Shown: piece after piece, positions 39,066-48,872 of the stretch
How the letters are laid out: the number at the start of each line of letters is the position of its first letter
Position numbering within the stretch: the first letter of the stretch is position 1
Assembly (NCBI GenBank): GCA_964517625.1
Contig: CAZFBW010000002.1
Coordinates: 25,893-89,892 of the forward strand
DNA from: an uncultured Candidatus Saccharibacteria bacterium
GTDB lineage: Bacteria > Patescibacteriota > Minisyncoccia > Phycocordibacterales > UBA5272
Direction: 5' to 3'
Length of the DNA: 64,000 bases
Notes under the pieces: model-generated
The model's input: only the letters and a program-made list of their open reading frames with translations
Databases searched by the model: none
What the model was told of the DNA's origin: nothing
Made by a program: the position numbers and the translations under genes

Positions 39066-41489
39066 ATGAGCATGTACGATTTCAAGACAATTGAAGAATA
39101 TTGGCAGAAAAAGTGGGGTGAACAGCAAACCTACAAAACAGGTGAAGATACGTCTAAAGAAAAAATGTATGTGCTCGGCATGTTTCCATACCCCTCAGGT
39201 GAGGGGCTTCATGTGGGCCATGCACGAATCTTTACGGCTAGCGATATCTACGCGCGCAAAAAGCGAATGGAAGGATACAATGTTTTGTTTCCAACAGGAT
39301 GGGATGCATTTGGACTTCCCGCAGAACAGTTCGCGATAAAAAACAAAATTCATCCACGTATTTCAACAGATAACAATGTAAACAACTTCAGACGTCAGAT
39401 GAAGATGCTTGGGCTTTCGTATGATTTTAATCGCGAAGTGGATACTACTGACCCCGCATACTACAAATGGACGCAGTGGATATTTTTAAAGATGCATGAG
39501 AAAGGGCTTGCCTTTGAATCGTACGACCCGATTAATTGGTGTCCATCGTGTGAGACTGGACTTGCTAACGAAGACTTGGAAGCTGGAAAATGTGAGCGCT
39601 GTGGAACAGTTGTTGAAAAAAAGAAGATGCGCCAATGGACGCTTCGTATTACTGACTATGCAGAACGATTACTTAATGATTTAGATACGCTTGATGCATG
39701 GCCGGAGTGGTTAAAAGCTCTAGAGCGTAATTGGATTGGAAAATCAGAAGGAGCAGAATTTGATTTTGAATTAGTTGATGCACCGGCGAAGAGTGTGAAG
39801 ATTTTTACAACGCGTCCAGATACCTTATTTGGTGCAACGTTTGTCGCAATTTCTGCCGAACTTGCTGATGAGTGGTTGAAAAATGGATGGGAGGCAGAAG
39901 AAGATATTCATGAGTATGTCACAAAAACGCTTGTTGAACAGAAAGAAGTTTTAGAGCACGGTGCCGAACGCGAAAAGACAGGAATATTTTCTGACATCTA
40001 TGCAATCAATCCAACCACAAAAGAAAAAATCCCTGTTTGGATTGCAAACTATGTATTAGGTGGTGTAGGAACAGGGGCGATTATGGCGGTGCCTGCACAT
40101 GACGAGCGCGATTTTGAATTTGCTTTCAAATATAACATTCCAATCAAAGAGGTTGTTGTAAGCGAGAAAAGCACATTACCAGAGAAGGCATTTGTTGGTG
40201 AAGGAACACTTATTAATTCCGAAACATTTGATGGAATGAAAAGCGAAGAAGCGAAACACAGAATCACTGAACACTTTAAAGGAACACCTGTAACACGCTA
40301 CAAGTTGCAAGATTGGGTATTTTCCCGCCAGCGCTACTGGGGTGAACCAATCCCAATGGTGCATGACGAGGACGGGAAGGTGTATCCACTTGATGAAAGT
40401 GAGCTACCGCTCACACTTCCACAGGTAGAGCATTACGCTCCCTCAGGAACTGGAGAAAGTCCGCTTGCAACGATTGCCGACTGGGTAAACGTCAAAGGCA
40501 TCATCACAGAGAAGGGGACATTTAAACAGGATGTTCATGGAAAAGTATTTAAGCGCGAGACAAATACCATGCCCCAGTGGGCGGGTTCTTCATGGTATTA
40601 TTTGCGTTTTGCGGATGCACACAATGAAAAAGAGTTGATTTCATCCCAAGCGGAACAATACTGGCAACCGGTTGATAGGTATGTGGGTGGCGCAGAACAC
40701 GCAACACGTCACCTGATTTATGCGCGCTTTTGGCATAAGTTTTTGTACGATATCGGTGTTGTTTCTCATTCCGAACCATTTCTTACCATGGAATCGGTCG
40801 GCCTTGTTCTTGGTCCTGATGGCCAAAAAATGAGTAAGCGTAGAGGAAATATTGTAAATCCAGACGATGTGGTAAATGTTTGGGGTGCAGACACCGTGCG
40901 CATGTATTCTGCGTTTATGGGTTCATTTTATGATGCAACACCATGGAACCCGGACGCAATTATCGGATGCCTTCGTTTTTTGGAAAAGGTTTGGAAGATG
41001 AAGGATTGGGTTGTTCCAGAAGAAGTTACTTCACTTGAAGCGCCACTTCACAAGACAATTAAAAAAGTTACTGACGATATTGAAACATTTAAGTTCAACA
41101 CTGCAATTTCTTCAATGATGATTTTTATAAATAATGTTGATGGTGAAAAGCGTATCGGAAAGGATGCATGGAAGGTGTTTGTAAAAATGCTTGCACCGTT
41201 TGCACCGCATGTGGCGGAGGAATTGTGGAAAGAAGCAGGCGAGAGTAATTCAGTGCACCTTTCGGTATGGCCAACATACGATTCTGCTAAAACTATAGAC
41301 AGTGAAGTAACGCTCCCGATTCAGATTAACGGTAAACTTCGCGGAACATTCGTTGCTTCTTTTGATGCAAGTGATGAGGTCATCACAGAGGCTCTCAAAA
41401 CGACCGAAACCTACCAAAAATATGTGGGGGAAGGGGTCCCGAAAAAGGTAATCATCATCAAAAATCGCCTTGTCAATGTGGTGATTTGA
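39066..41489 (+). CDS. leuS: leucine--tRNA ligase
   Basis: HVGHARIF (HIGH) and KMSKRRGN (KMSKS) motifs; 807 aa. Confidence 0.95.
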   Translation: MSMYDFKTIEEYWQKKWGEQQTYKTGEDTSKEKMYVLGMFPYPSGEGLHVGHARIFTASDIYARKKRMEGYNVLFPTGWDAFGLPAEQFAIKNKIHPRISTDNNVNNFRRQMKMLGLSYDFNREVDTTDPAYYKWTQWIFLKMHEKGLAFESYDPINWCPSCETGLANEDLEAGKCERCGTVVEKKKMRQWTLRITDYAERLLNDLDTLDAWPEWLKALERNWIGKSEGAEFDFELVDAPAKSVKIFTTRPDTLFGATFVAISAELADEWLKNGWEAEEDIHEYVTKTLVEQKEVLEHGAEREKTGIFSDIYAINPTTKEKIPVWIANYVLGGVGTGAIMAVPAHDERDFEFAFKYNIPIKEVVVSEKSTLPEKAFVGEGTLINSETFDGMKSEEAKHRITEHFKGTPVTRYKLQDWVFSRQRYWGEPIPMVHDEDGKVYPLDESELPLTLPQVEHYAPSGTGESPLATIADWVNVKGIITEKGTFKQDVHGKVFKRETNTMPQWAGSSWYYLRFADAHNEKELISSQAEQYWQPVDRYVGGAEHATRHLIYARFWHKFLYDIGVVSHSEPFLTMESVGLVLGPDGQKMSKRRGNIVNPDDVVNVWGADTVRMYSAFMGSFYDATPWNPDAIIGCLRFLEKVWKMKDWVVPEEVTSLEAPLHKTIKKVTDDIETFKFNTAISSMMIFINNVDGEKRIGKDAWKVFVKMLAPFAPHVAEELWKEAGESNSVHLSVWPTYDSAKTIDSEVTLPIQINGKLRGTFVASFDASDEVITEALKTTETYQKYVGEGVPKKVIIIKNRLVNVVI

Positions 41490-41505
41490 CGAAAATTGGT
41501 ATTTC

Positions 41506-41514
41506 TGGTAGTAT
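41506..41514 (+). promoter_or_regulatory. extended -10 TGGTAGTAT
   Basis: Lies inside ORF-track start 41496; supports the downstream ATG at 41532. Confidence 0.4.
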
Positions 41515-41531
41515 GTACCCACACTAAAAAC

Positions 41532-42560
41532 ATGCCTGGAATAACCTTTAAACCAAAAGCCATTTCGAAAAAGCTCTTGACAGCGCTTAATCCGCGTACT
41601 AAAGAGATTGTTATTAACCGTTACGGTCTAGAAAATGCTGAAAGAATGACTCTTGAAGCAATCGGTAAGACGTACGACATTACTCGTGAGCGTGTTCGTC
41701 AGATTGAAAATTTTGCCCTTACGACTATTAAGAAGTCAAAGGAGTACAAAGAACACGCCTTCATTTTCGATGAACTTAAATCCATCTTAAAAGATCTTGG
41801 TTCAGTTGTATCTGAAGAGCACCTCATGCAGACCATCTCCAAAGATCCGGTTATTCAAAACCACATCAACCTTTACCTCGCACTCGGGGAAGAATTTACA
41901 AAGCACAAGGAAGATGAGCACTTCAATGCACACTTTAGTATTGATGACAAAGTTTCAGGCCATGTTCGCGACGCTCTCCACAAACTCTACGCATCTATTA
42001 GCGAAGAGGATCTCATTAAAGAAGAAGAAATTTACGAACGCTTTGTCGGACATCTTTCAGACGCTGTTGGCGAATACAAGCAGAATAAATCAATTATTAA
42101 TCTTTACCTTGCGCTTTCAAAAGTTATTGGCAAGAACCAATTGAACGAATGGGGCAGACTTTCTTCTCCACACGTTAAAGCTCGCGGTATCAAGGATTAT
42201 GCATACCTTATTATGCGTCGCAAGGGTGAACCAATGCACTTTAAAGAAGTAGCGCTTGAAATCAATAAGACATTCGGCAAGAAAGCACATGTTGCAACCT
42301 GTCACAATGAACTCATCAAAGATTCACGCTTTGTACTTGTTGGACGCGGTATGTACGGACTTAAGGACTGGGGACACACAGGTGGCGTCGTTCGCGATGT
42401 TATCAAGCAAGTACTCAAGGAAGCAGGACGTCCGCTTTCAAAAGATGAAGTTATTAAGCGCGTACTAGGAAAGCGCATCGTTAAGCCAAACACGGTTTTG
42501 GTTAACCTCCAGAATACGAAGTTTTTCAAGAAAGTTGCTGGTGAATATACAGTCGCATAA
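41532..42560 (+). CDS. sigma-70 region-4-like HTH plus C-terminal HARE-HTH domain protein
   Basis: N-terminal TLEAIGKTYDITRERVRQIENFAL (sigma region 4.2 pattern); C-terminal PMHFKEVALEINKTFGKK...SRFVLVGRGMYGLKDW (HARE-HTH pattern as in RNAP delta). Confidence 0.5.
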   Translation: MPGITFKPKAISKKLLTALNPRTKEIVINRYGLENAERMTLEAIGKTYDITRERVRQIENFALTTIKKSKEYKEHAFIFDELKSILKDLGSVVSEEHLMQTISKDPVIQNHINLYLALGEEFTKHKEDEHFNAHFSIDDKVSGHVRDALHKLYASISEEDLIKEEEIYERFVGHLSDAVGEYKQNKSIINLYLALSKVIGKNQLNEWGRLSSPHVKARGIKDYAYLIMRRKGEPMHFKEVALEINKTFGKKAHVATCHNELIKDSRFVLVGRGMYGLKDWGHTGGVVRDVIKQVLKEAGRPLSKDEVIKRVLGKRIVKPNTVLVNLQNTKFFKKVAGEYTVA

Positions 42561-42561
42561 C

Positions 42562-42589
42562 AAAAAATCGGGGAATACCCCGATTTTTT
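42562..42589 (+). terminator. rho-independent terminator (A6-TCGGGG-aata-CCCCGA-T6)
   Basis: Seen directly. Confidence 0.6.
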
Positions 42590-42628
42590 GTTGGTACACA
42601 GTGTGCATAAGCACGCTTCGCAATTGAC

Positions 42629-42637
42629 TGGTATACT
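42629..42637 (+). promoter_or_regulatory. extended -10 TGGTATACT
   Basis: 20 nt upstream of the ATG at 42658. Confidence 0.4.
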
Positions 42638-42657
42638 AGAGGACATATATAGAGCAT

Positions 42658-44187
42658 ATGCAATTTTTAATTGATAGTATCCTCATTCTTTCATATGGCG
42701 TAGCCCTCCTTTTTCTACTTGCCTGGTCATGGCGTCTTTGGATGATGTATGTGAATCGACAGTTTATTGATAAATGGGATAAAGACTCACTTCTCTTGGA
42801 AATACGTCTTCCACGAGAAATTTTCAAATCTCCTCTTGCTGCTGAAACAGCTCTTTCATCACTTATTCAGGGGGGGTCTGTGGGTGACTGGTGGGCAAGA
42901 AATTGGTCAGGTAATCTAACTGCGTGGTCATCGCTTGAAATAGCTTCAATTGAGGGTGTGGTGCGTTTCTATATCCGTATTAATAAGAAATTTCGTCCAC
43001 TTGTTGAATCAAGTTTCTATGCTCAGTATCCAGGCATTGAAATTGTTGAAGCCGATGATTATACAAAGATGGTTCGTTATACTCACCTGAATGAAGATAT
43101 CGGACTTTTTGGTTGTTCGTTTTGGCTTGCGAAAAAATGGGGTGTAAAGGATAAGTACGGAGAACCACTTAAGAAGGGTAAGGATCCATATCAAATGCGT
43201 GCAGATTTTTTTCCAATTAAGACGTATGTTGATTATGGTCTCGACAAAGATCCGAAAGAAGAATTTAAAATGGACCCAATTACGCCGATGATTGAATTCA
43301 TGGGATCGATCGGTAAAGGTGAGTACTTTTGGTACCAAGTTCTTGTGCAAGCAGAAGGTCCTTTTGATGGTAAAAAGTTTCCAAAAATGTTCTACAACGA
43401 AGTAACGGGTGAACGACTTTCAATTTCTGACATGGTTAAACAATGGAAGGCGCAAATGAGAATTGGAAAAGTAAAAAAAGCAGGCGAGGTTGCAACTGAT
43501 AAATACGGCAACGAGGAGACAAAATCAACCGGTAAGAAGGATAGCAACGATGCGCCTATTTTAGAGGTGGTACGATATAAAAAAGATCAAATTGACACGC
43601 GAAGCGAGCTTGATTTAACTAAAGATGAACGAGACGAGATTGAATTCGTTAATAAAAAAATGGCTAAGCCACTTGTAAGAACAATTTCTAGACTTCTTTA
43701 CATTGTTGATAATAAGCGAGGGAAATTTAATCCTGGACATATTCAGACTACACTTGCGGCGATGAAGCCATTTTCTGGTGTGAATAGTTTTGCGCTTGAA
43801 ACAACTGACCCATACACCTATCCATGGCAAAAACTTGGAGATAAGCGTGTTCATTGGCGAAAGGAGGAGAAATTTAATGCCTTTGTTGAGCGCTCTGGTT
43901 TTCATCCAATTATTCCAGAAAAAAATGACAGCGAAGGAATGGATTCGCTTGATTGGTGGGAAGATGGATTCTTTTATCCGTACGAGACGAAATACCGTAT
44001 TATGTTCCGCACGCTCTACGAGACTATTTTCCATCCGTTTAGATTATATTCAAACAAGGAGATAAGTGTGCTTAATTTGGAAGAATTAGCAACACTGTGG
44101 CACCTTCCAGGTGCGGTTGCAACAACACCAACACTTCCACGTATTGATAGTACGAAAGGGGTAGCGCCAGTTAATTTGCCTCAATAA
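42658..44187 (+). CDS. hypothetical membrane-anchored protein (509 aa), conserved-looking, unknown function
   Basis: N-terminal TM ILILSYGVALLFLLAWSW; Trp/Tyr-rich soluble domain; no family recognised. Confidence 0.45.
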   Translation: MQFLIDSILILSYGVALLFLLAWSWRLWMMYVNRQFIDKWDKDSLLLEIRLPREIFKSPLAAETALSSLIQGGSVGDWWARNWSGNLTAWSSLEIASIEGVVRFYIRINKKFRPLVESSFYAQYPGIEIVEADDYTKMVRYTHLNEDIGLFGCSFWLAKKWGVKDKYGEPLKKGKDPYQMRADFFPIKTYVDYGLDKDPKEEFKMDPITPMIEFMGSIGKGEYFWYQVLVQAEGPFDGKKFPKMFYNEVTGERLSISDMVKQWKAQMRIGKVKKAGEVATDKYGNEETKSTGKKDSNDAPILEVVRYKKDQIDTRSELDLTKDERDEIEFVNKKMAKPLVRTISRLLYIVDNKRGKFNPGHIQTTLAAMKPFSGVNSFALETTDPYTYPWQKLGDKRVHWRKEEKFNAFVERSGFHPIIPEKNDSEGMDSLDWWEDGFFYPYETKYRIMFRTLYETIFHPFRLYSNKEISVLNLEELATLWHLPGAVATTPTLPRIDSTKGVAPVNLPQ

Positions 44188-44197
44188 ATTTGCATCT

Positions 44198-45106
44198 ATG
44201 GAATGGCAACATAATCGGAAATGGATAGAGTATGCAGGTGTTGGAGTGATAGCAATTTTTTTTGCATATACGCTTTCTTTAGCACGATTTGTTCCAAGCG
44301 GTTTTCCTGTGGGAACAACATTTGTGATTAATGAAAATGAATCATTGCGCGCAATTAGTAAGCGTCTTGAGAACGAACACATCATTACCTCGGCACTTCT
44401 TTTCCGCGTATGGGTTTCTCTTAATAACAGCGACAGACGTGTTCAACTTGGTGTCTACGAGTTTAACCAACCACTTGTGCTTAAAGAAGTTGTTAACCGG
44501 TTGGTGGCGCTTGGTCCAGACCAACCACTCATTAGGATGACTATTCCAGAAGGATACACAACAGAAGAAGTGATACAAACAATCACTTCCGTACTTCCCA
44601 ATCTTTCAGCTTCTATGTTACGTGAAAGCATTAAGCGCCAAGAAGCACAAGGTAAACTTTTCCCCTCCACATATTTTTTATTACCGTCTCTAACGGAGGA
44701 ACGTATCGTTAGTATGATGGTAGAAACATTTGAAGATATGTATCAAAAGAATTTCGCCAAAGAGGAAAAACCAGGTGTGCTGTTAGGCGAACAAGAAATT
44801 ATTTCACTTGCTGCGATTATTGAGGGTGAAGCAAAGACAGTCGAGGATATGAATATTGTTTCTGGCATCTTACAGAGGCGCCTTGTCATCAACATGCCTC
44901 TTCAGGTTGATGTTGCCAAGGAAACCTATAAAACTCGTGGCGTGCCAAAAGTACCAATTAACAATCCTGGTGAAAATGCATTACGTGCCGTATTTTATCC
45001 AAAGGAAACGCCATATTTGTACTACATTACAGGCAATGATGGTACAATGTATTACGCTAAAACCTTTGAAGAGCACAAACAAAACATTAGAAAGTATTTA
45101 CGATAG
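44198..45106 (+). CDS. mltG: endolytic murein transglycosylase MltG (YceG family)
   Basis: N-terminal TM, YceG-like pattern, 302 aa. Confidence 0.8.
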   Translation: MEWQHNRKWIEYAGVGVIAIFFAYTLSLARFVPSGFPVGTTFVINENESLRAISKRLENEHIITSALLFRVWVSLNNSDRRVQLGVYEFNQPLVLKEVVNRLVALGPDQPLIRMTIPEGYTTEEVIQTITSVLPNLSASMLRESIKRQEAQGKLFPSTYFLLPSLTEERIVSMMVETFEDMYQKNFAKEEKPGVLLGEQEIISLAAIIEGEAKTVEDMNIVSGILQRRLVINMPLQVDVAKETYKTRGVPKVPINNPGENALRAVFYPKETPYLYYITGNDGTMYYAKTFEEHKQNIRKYLR

Positions 45107-45115
45107 ACTTCCAGC

Positions 45116-45670
45116 ATGAAAATTCACAATCTCGCATTCGTTGACACAGAAACAACCGGAACTGATCCAAGCAAGCATGAAATTATTGAACTTGCGGTTA
45201 TTATCGCGCGCCAGGTTCCACGTGAAGGGAAGGGTCCAAAAATTGAAATTCTTGAAGAATGCGAATGGAAGATAAAACCAGAACACATTGAGAACGCTGA
45301 AGAAGAAGCACTTCGTGTTAATGGATACAATGAAGTTGATTGGATGTTTGCGGTGGACCGTAAAAAAGCAATGCAGGAGTTTGCAAAAAAAACTGAAAGT
45401 TGTACTTTTGTTTCGCACAACCTTACCTTTGACCATGCATTTATTCAAAAAGCGTTTGAAGAAACTGAAGTGGAAAGCAGAATGCACTATGCAAAGCTAG
45501 ATACGATTTCAATTGCCTTTGCTCGTCTCTATGACGCACCGCTTGCGGATAAGTTTTCTCTTCGTGCACTCTGTACCCTTCTTAAAGTGGAGAATCCAAA
45601 AGCGCACACTGCGCTCGCTGATACACGCGCACTTGTTGAAGTCTATAAAAAGATGATGGGGGCGTATTAA
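45116..45670 (+). CDS. DEDDh 3'-5' exonuclease (DnaQ-like)
   Basis: Exo I FVDTETTG, Exo II HNLTFD, Exo III HTALADTRA. Confidence 0.8.
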   Translation: MKIHNLAFVDTETTGTDPSKHEIIELAVIIARQVPREGKGPKIEILEECEWKIKPEHIENAEEEALRVNGYNEVDWMFAVDRKKAMQEFAKKTESCTFVSHNLTFDHAFIQKAFEETEVESRMHYAKLDTISIAFARLYDAPLADKFSLRALCTLLKVENPKAHTALADTRALVEVYKKMMGAY

Positions 45671-45710
45671 ACGGGTTGGTGATTTTTCTTTCGCGTGGTA
45701 GATTCTTTTT

Positions 45711-46757
45711 ATGAAGAAGAAAGTATTTGTTGGTATGTCAGGCGGAGTGGACTCATCGCTTTCGGCTGCCCTTCTTAAAGAGCTTGGGTATGATGTGACG
45801 GGAGTGTTTATTAAAGTGTGGCAACCCGATTTTATTGAATGCACCTGGAAAGAAGACAGGTTAGATGCAATGCGGGTTGCTTCGGCGCTCAATATTCCTT
45901 TCGTGACACTTGATTTGGAAAAAGAATATAAGCAAGGTGTTATTGATTATATGCTTTCTGAATACAAAGTAGGACGCACACCAAACCCTGACGTAATGTG
46001 TAACCGCGAAGTAAAATTTGGCGCATTTTGGAAGTGGGCAAAAAAAGAAGGCGCTGATTTTATTGCAACAGGACACTATGCACAAACTGATCACAAGCAC
46101 CTCCTTGCAAGTAACGACCACGACAAAGACCAGACGTATTTTCTGTGGACACTTACCGATGATGATTTGGAACACGTTTTATTTCCAATTGGCCACATGG
46201 TCAAAGACGATGTACGCAAAGAGGCAGAACTACGAGGATTGTATACGAGCGGTAAAAAGGATAGCCAAGGTTTATGTTTTGTGGGTACCGTTGATATGAA
46301 AACGCTCCTCAAAGAATATATTCCTAAACAACAAGGTGATGTGAAGAATGAACAAGGAGAAATAATCGGTGAACATGAAGGAACAATGTTTTACACTATC
46401 GGCGAGCGCCACGGATTTACTATTACCAAAAAAGGAACAGATGATGCGCCGTACTACATCATTCGAAAAGACAACAAAGAAAATGTGCTGGTTGTTTCTC
46501 ATGAGAAGCCAGAAAAGAAATTGCATAAAGAAATAAAACTCGAACATGTTAGTTGGGTACACGGTGAGCCACGTGAAGGATTTACCTATGAGGCGCGTGC
46601 GCGATATCGGGCCCCACTTGCAAAGGTTACTATTGCCAAGAAAAACGATGCTTGGTATGCAAGCGCACTTGAAGGGGAATTGGTTCCAACGCCCGGGCAA
46701 TCGCTTGTTGTGTACGATAAAGAGAAGTGCTTAGGGGGCGGAATTATTGTATACTAG
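45711..46757 (+). CDS. mnmA: tRNA 2-thiouridine(34) synthase
   Basis: PP-loop VGMSGGVDSS; 348 aa. Confidence 0.9.
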   Translation: MKKKVFVGMSGGVDSSLSAALLKELGYDVTGVFIKVWQPDFIECTWKEDRLDAMRVASALNIPFVTLDLEKEYKQGVIDYMLSEYKVGRTPNPDVMCNREVKFGAFWKWAKKEGADFIATGHYAQTDHKHLLASNDHDKDQTYFLWTLTDDDLEHVLFPIGHMVKDDVRKEAELRGLYTSGKKDSQGLCFVGTVDMKTLLKEYIPKQQGDVKNEQGEIIGEHEGTMFYTIGERHGFTITKKGTDDAPYYIIRKDNKENVLVVSHEKPEKKLHKEIKLEHVSWVHGEPREGFTYEARARYRAPLAKVTIAKKNDAWYASALEGELVPTPGQSLVVYDKEKCLGGGIIVY

Positions 46758-46777
46758 GAAAACTTTTTAATGTGCAT

Positions 46778-47671
46778 ATGGAAACAAACAATACTTTTGA
46801 AATTCTTCTGTTTTATAAATATGTTGGTATACAAGACCCACAGGCGCTCATGGAGCGTGAAAAGGCTGTTTGTAGCGTGCTTGGGCTTAAGGGGCGCATT
46901 ATTATCGCTCAGGAAGGTATTAACGGCACTCTTGAAGGAACGCCGGAGATGACGGCAAGGTACAAAGCGCACATTCTCTCTGATAAGCGTTTTAAGAACA
47001 TGGATATAAAGACAAGTGAAGGGAACGGCCTGGCCTTTCCTCGTCTTGCGGTAAAGGTAAAACCAGAAATTGTTTCAACGAAACTTCCAGAGCACATTGA
47101 TCCAACTAAAGAAACCGCAGTACACTTACCAGCACACGAACTTAAGAAGTGGTACGACGAAGGAAAAGATTTTGTGGTAATTGATATGCGCAATGATTAC
47201 GAAATTAAGAGTGGGTATTTTGATAAGACAGTGAACCCAGGACTGTATGCATCACGCGATTTGCCAAAAGCAATTGATAAGCTTCGCGTGCACAAAGATA
47301 CAACAGTGGTTACGGTTTGTACGGGAGGGGTTCGTTGTGAAAAAATGTCAGCGTATTTACTTGATCAAGGATTCAAAGATGTGTACCAACTGCACAACGG
47401 TATGCATACGTTTATGGAAAAATATCCAGGACAACATTTTAATGGAGCGTTATTTACGTTTGATAATCGCATCACCATGCACTGGGGAGGGGAAAGAAAC
47501 ATTGTTGGAAAATGCGCAGTTTGCGATACAACAACAGAAACGTATAGAAATTGCCAGAATCCGGTATGTAATGGAAAAATGCTCGTGTGTGACGGGTGTG
47601 CAGAGAATCGTAAAGAAGAAATGTTTTGCAAAGACAAAACAACGTGCGGAAAATCAGTTCAGGTAGTTTAG
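46778..47671 (+). CDS. trhO: rhodanese-domain tRNA uridine(34) hydroxylase TrhO (YceA/UPF0176 family)
   Basis: LLFYKY N-terminal pattern, rhodanese CTGGVRCE, C-terminal Cys cluster; start at METNN. Confidence 0.75.
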   Translation: METNNTFEILLFYKYVGIQDPQALMEREKAVCSVLGLKGRIIIAQEGINGTLEGTPEMTARYKAHILSDKRFKNMDIKTSEGNGLAFPRLAVKVKPEIVSTKLPEHIDPTKETAVHLPAHELKKWYDEGKDFVVIDMRNDYEIKSGYFDKTVNPGLYASRDLPKAIDKLRVHKDTTVVTVCTGGVRCEKMSAYLLDQGFKDVYQLHNGMHTFMEKYPGQHFNGALFTFDNRITMHWGGERNIVGKCAVCDTTTETYRNCQNPVCNGKMLVCDGCAENRKEEMFCKDKTTCGKSVQVV

Positions 47672-47678
47672 GAGGGTT

Positions 47679-48365
47679 TTAGTGTTGATGACCGTGGTCA
47701 CTTCCGTGTGCGTGCTTGTGCTTTAGGTGGTAGCGGATTTCAAGTGCAATAATCCACAATACAATCGCGGCTAGGGACGAAATACTTGCGATTTCAAGAG
47801 CATGGAATTCTTCGTGTGTGATTTGTTTGCCAAGCATATACATGAGTATCGCAGCAACAGGGGAACCACCTTGCGCAAGTGCGCCATAAAGAATAGTTTT
47901 TCGTACTGAAAGTCCGAGACTACGGAAAATAGCTAGTGTTCCAAGAATTTTTGGAAGTTCATGAATGACAATGCCTACGGTTGCGGCGTATCCCAAAAGC
48001 GGACTTACCAAATACGTTGCACCGATTACCGCACCATCAATGAGTGAATGAAACGCTTCACTGATGAGTATTCCTTTCGCACCCGCCTCTTCTTTTTTAT
48101 GTGTGTGTGAATGGCTCCATTTTGCCAAGATAAATACGGTGATAAGCGCAGTAACAATACCAAGAACAACTTCGCTTATACCTAATTCTTCACCATGCTC
48201 TTTGAGCGTATCAATAACCGCGTATGAAAGCAGAAAAAGCCCAAGGATCATGAAGAAGATTTTCCATCGTCCGGTAAAGAGATTACGCCTGAGCAAAAGT
48301 GCAAGGATGGCAAGTAAAGGAAGTGCAGAAGCACTTACAATCATGAGAAAAAATGAAGCTGTCAT
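47679..48365 (-). CDS. ZIP-family metal (zinc) transporter
   Basis: HELPKILG (cf. HNxPEG) motif, His-rich C-terminus HKHAHGSDHGHQH. Confidence 0.75.
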   Translation of the reverse strand: MTASFFLMIVSASALPLLAILALLLRRNLFTGRWKIFFMILGLFLLSYAVIDTLKEHGEELGISEVVLGIVTALITVFILAKWSHSHTHKKEEAGAKGILISEAFHSLIDGAVIGATYLVSPLLGYAATVGIVIHELPKILGTLAIFRSLGLSVRKTILYGALAQGGSPVAAILMYMLGKQITHEEFHALEIASISSLAAIVLWIIALEIRYHLKHKHAHGSDHGHQH

Positions 48366-48393
48366 ATATAGTACTCTAGCGCAGTATGTTCAT

Positions 48394-48411
48394 ATTTGCA
48401 AGTCATTTGCA
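48394..48411. promoter_or_regulatory. direct repeat ATTTGCA-n4-ATTTGCA in the divergent ZIP/fur promoter region (candidate Fur/Zur operator)
   Basis: Seen directly; extended -10 TGGTATGAT at 48421-48429 serves fur. Confidence 0.2.
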
Positions 48412-48443
48412 TATAGTTTTTGGTATGATAGTATGAAATACAT

Positions 48444-48872
48444 ATGGCGACATACAGCAAACAGGATATTCTGGCAATGATTAAAGAAAAAGGACTTCGC
48501 GTGACCGGACACCGTGTTGCGCTACTTTCTCTCCTTGCTCGTGTAAAACAACCCGTGACTGTGTATGAACTTGTTGATGTGCTTCGTAAAAAAGAAAATA
48601 TTGATCAAGCAACCGTGTATCGTAATTTGACCTCACTTCACGAAGCAGGACTTCTTCGTCGGCTTGATTTTAATCACGGTCATGCCCACTATGAATTGGA
48701 GACGGGTAAGGCATCGCACCAACTTGTGTGTAATTCATGCGAGACAGTAGAAAAAATAGAAGGTATTTCTGTTGATGATGCGGTGAAGAAGATGCTTAAG
48801 AAAAGTAGAAAATTTAAAAATGCGACAACGCATTCAATTGAAATTTACGGAGTATGCAAATCTTGCGCTTAA
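48444..48872 (+). CDS. Fur-family transcriptional regulator (likely Zur)
   Basis: HTH plus HGHAHYE...CNSCE...CKSC metal sites; divergent from ZIP transporter. Confidence 0.85.
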   Translation: MATYSKQDILAMIKEKGLRVTGHRVALLSLLARVKQPVTVYELVDVLRKKENIDQATVYRNLTSLHEAGLLRRLDFNHGHAHYELETGKASHQLVCNSCETVEKIEGISVDDAVKKMLKKSRKFKNATTHSIEIYGVCKSCA

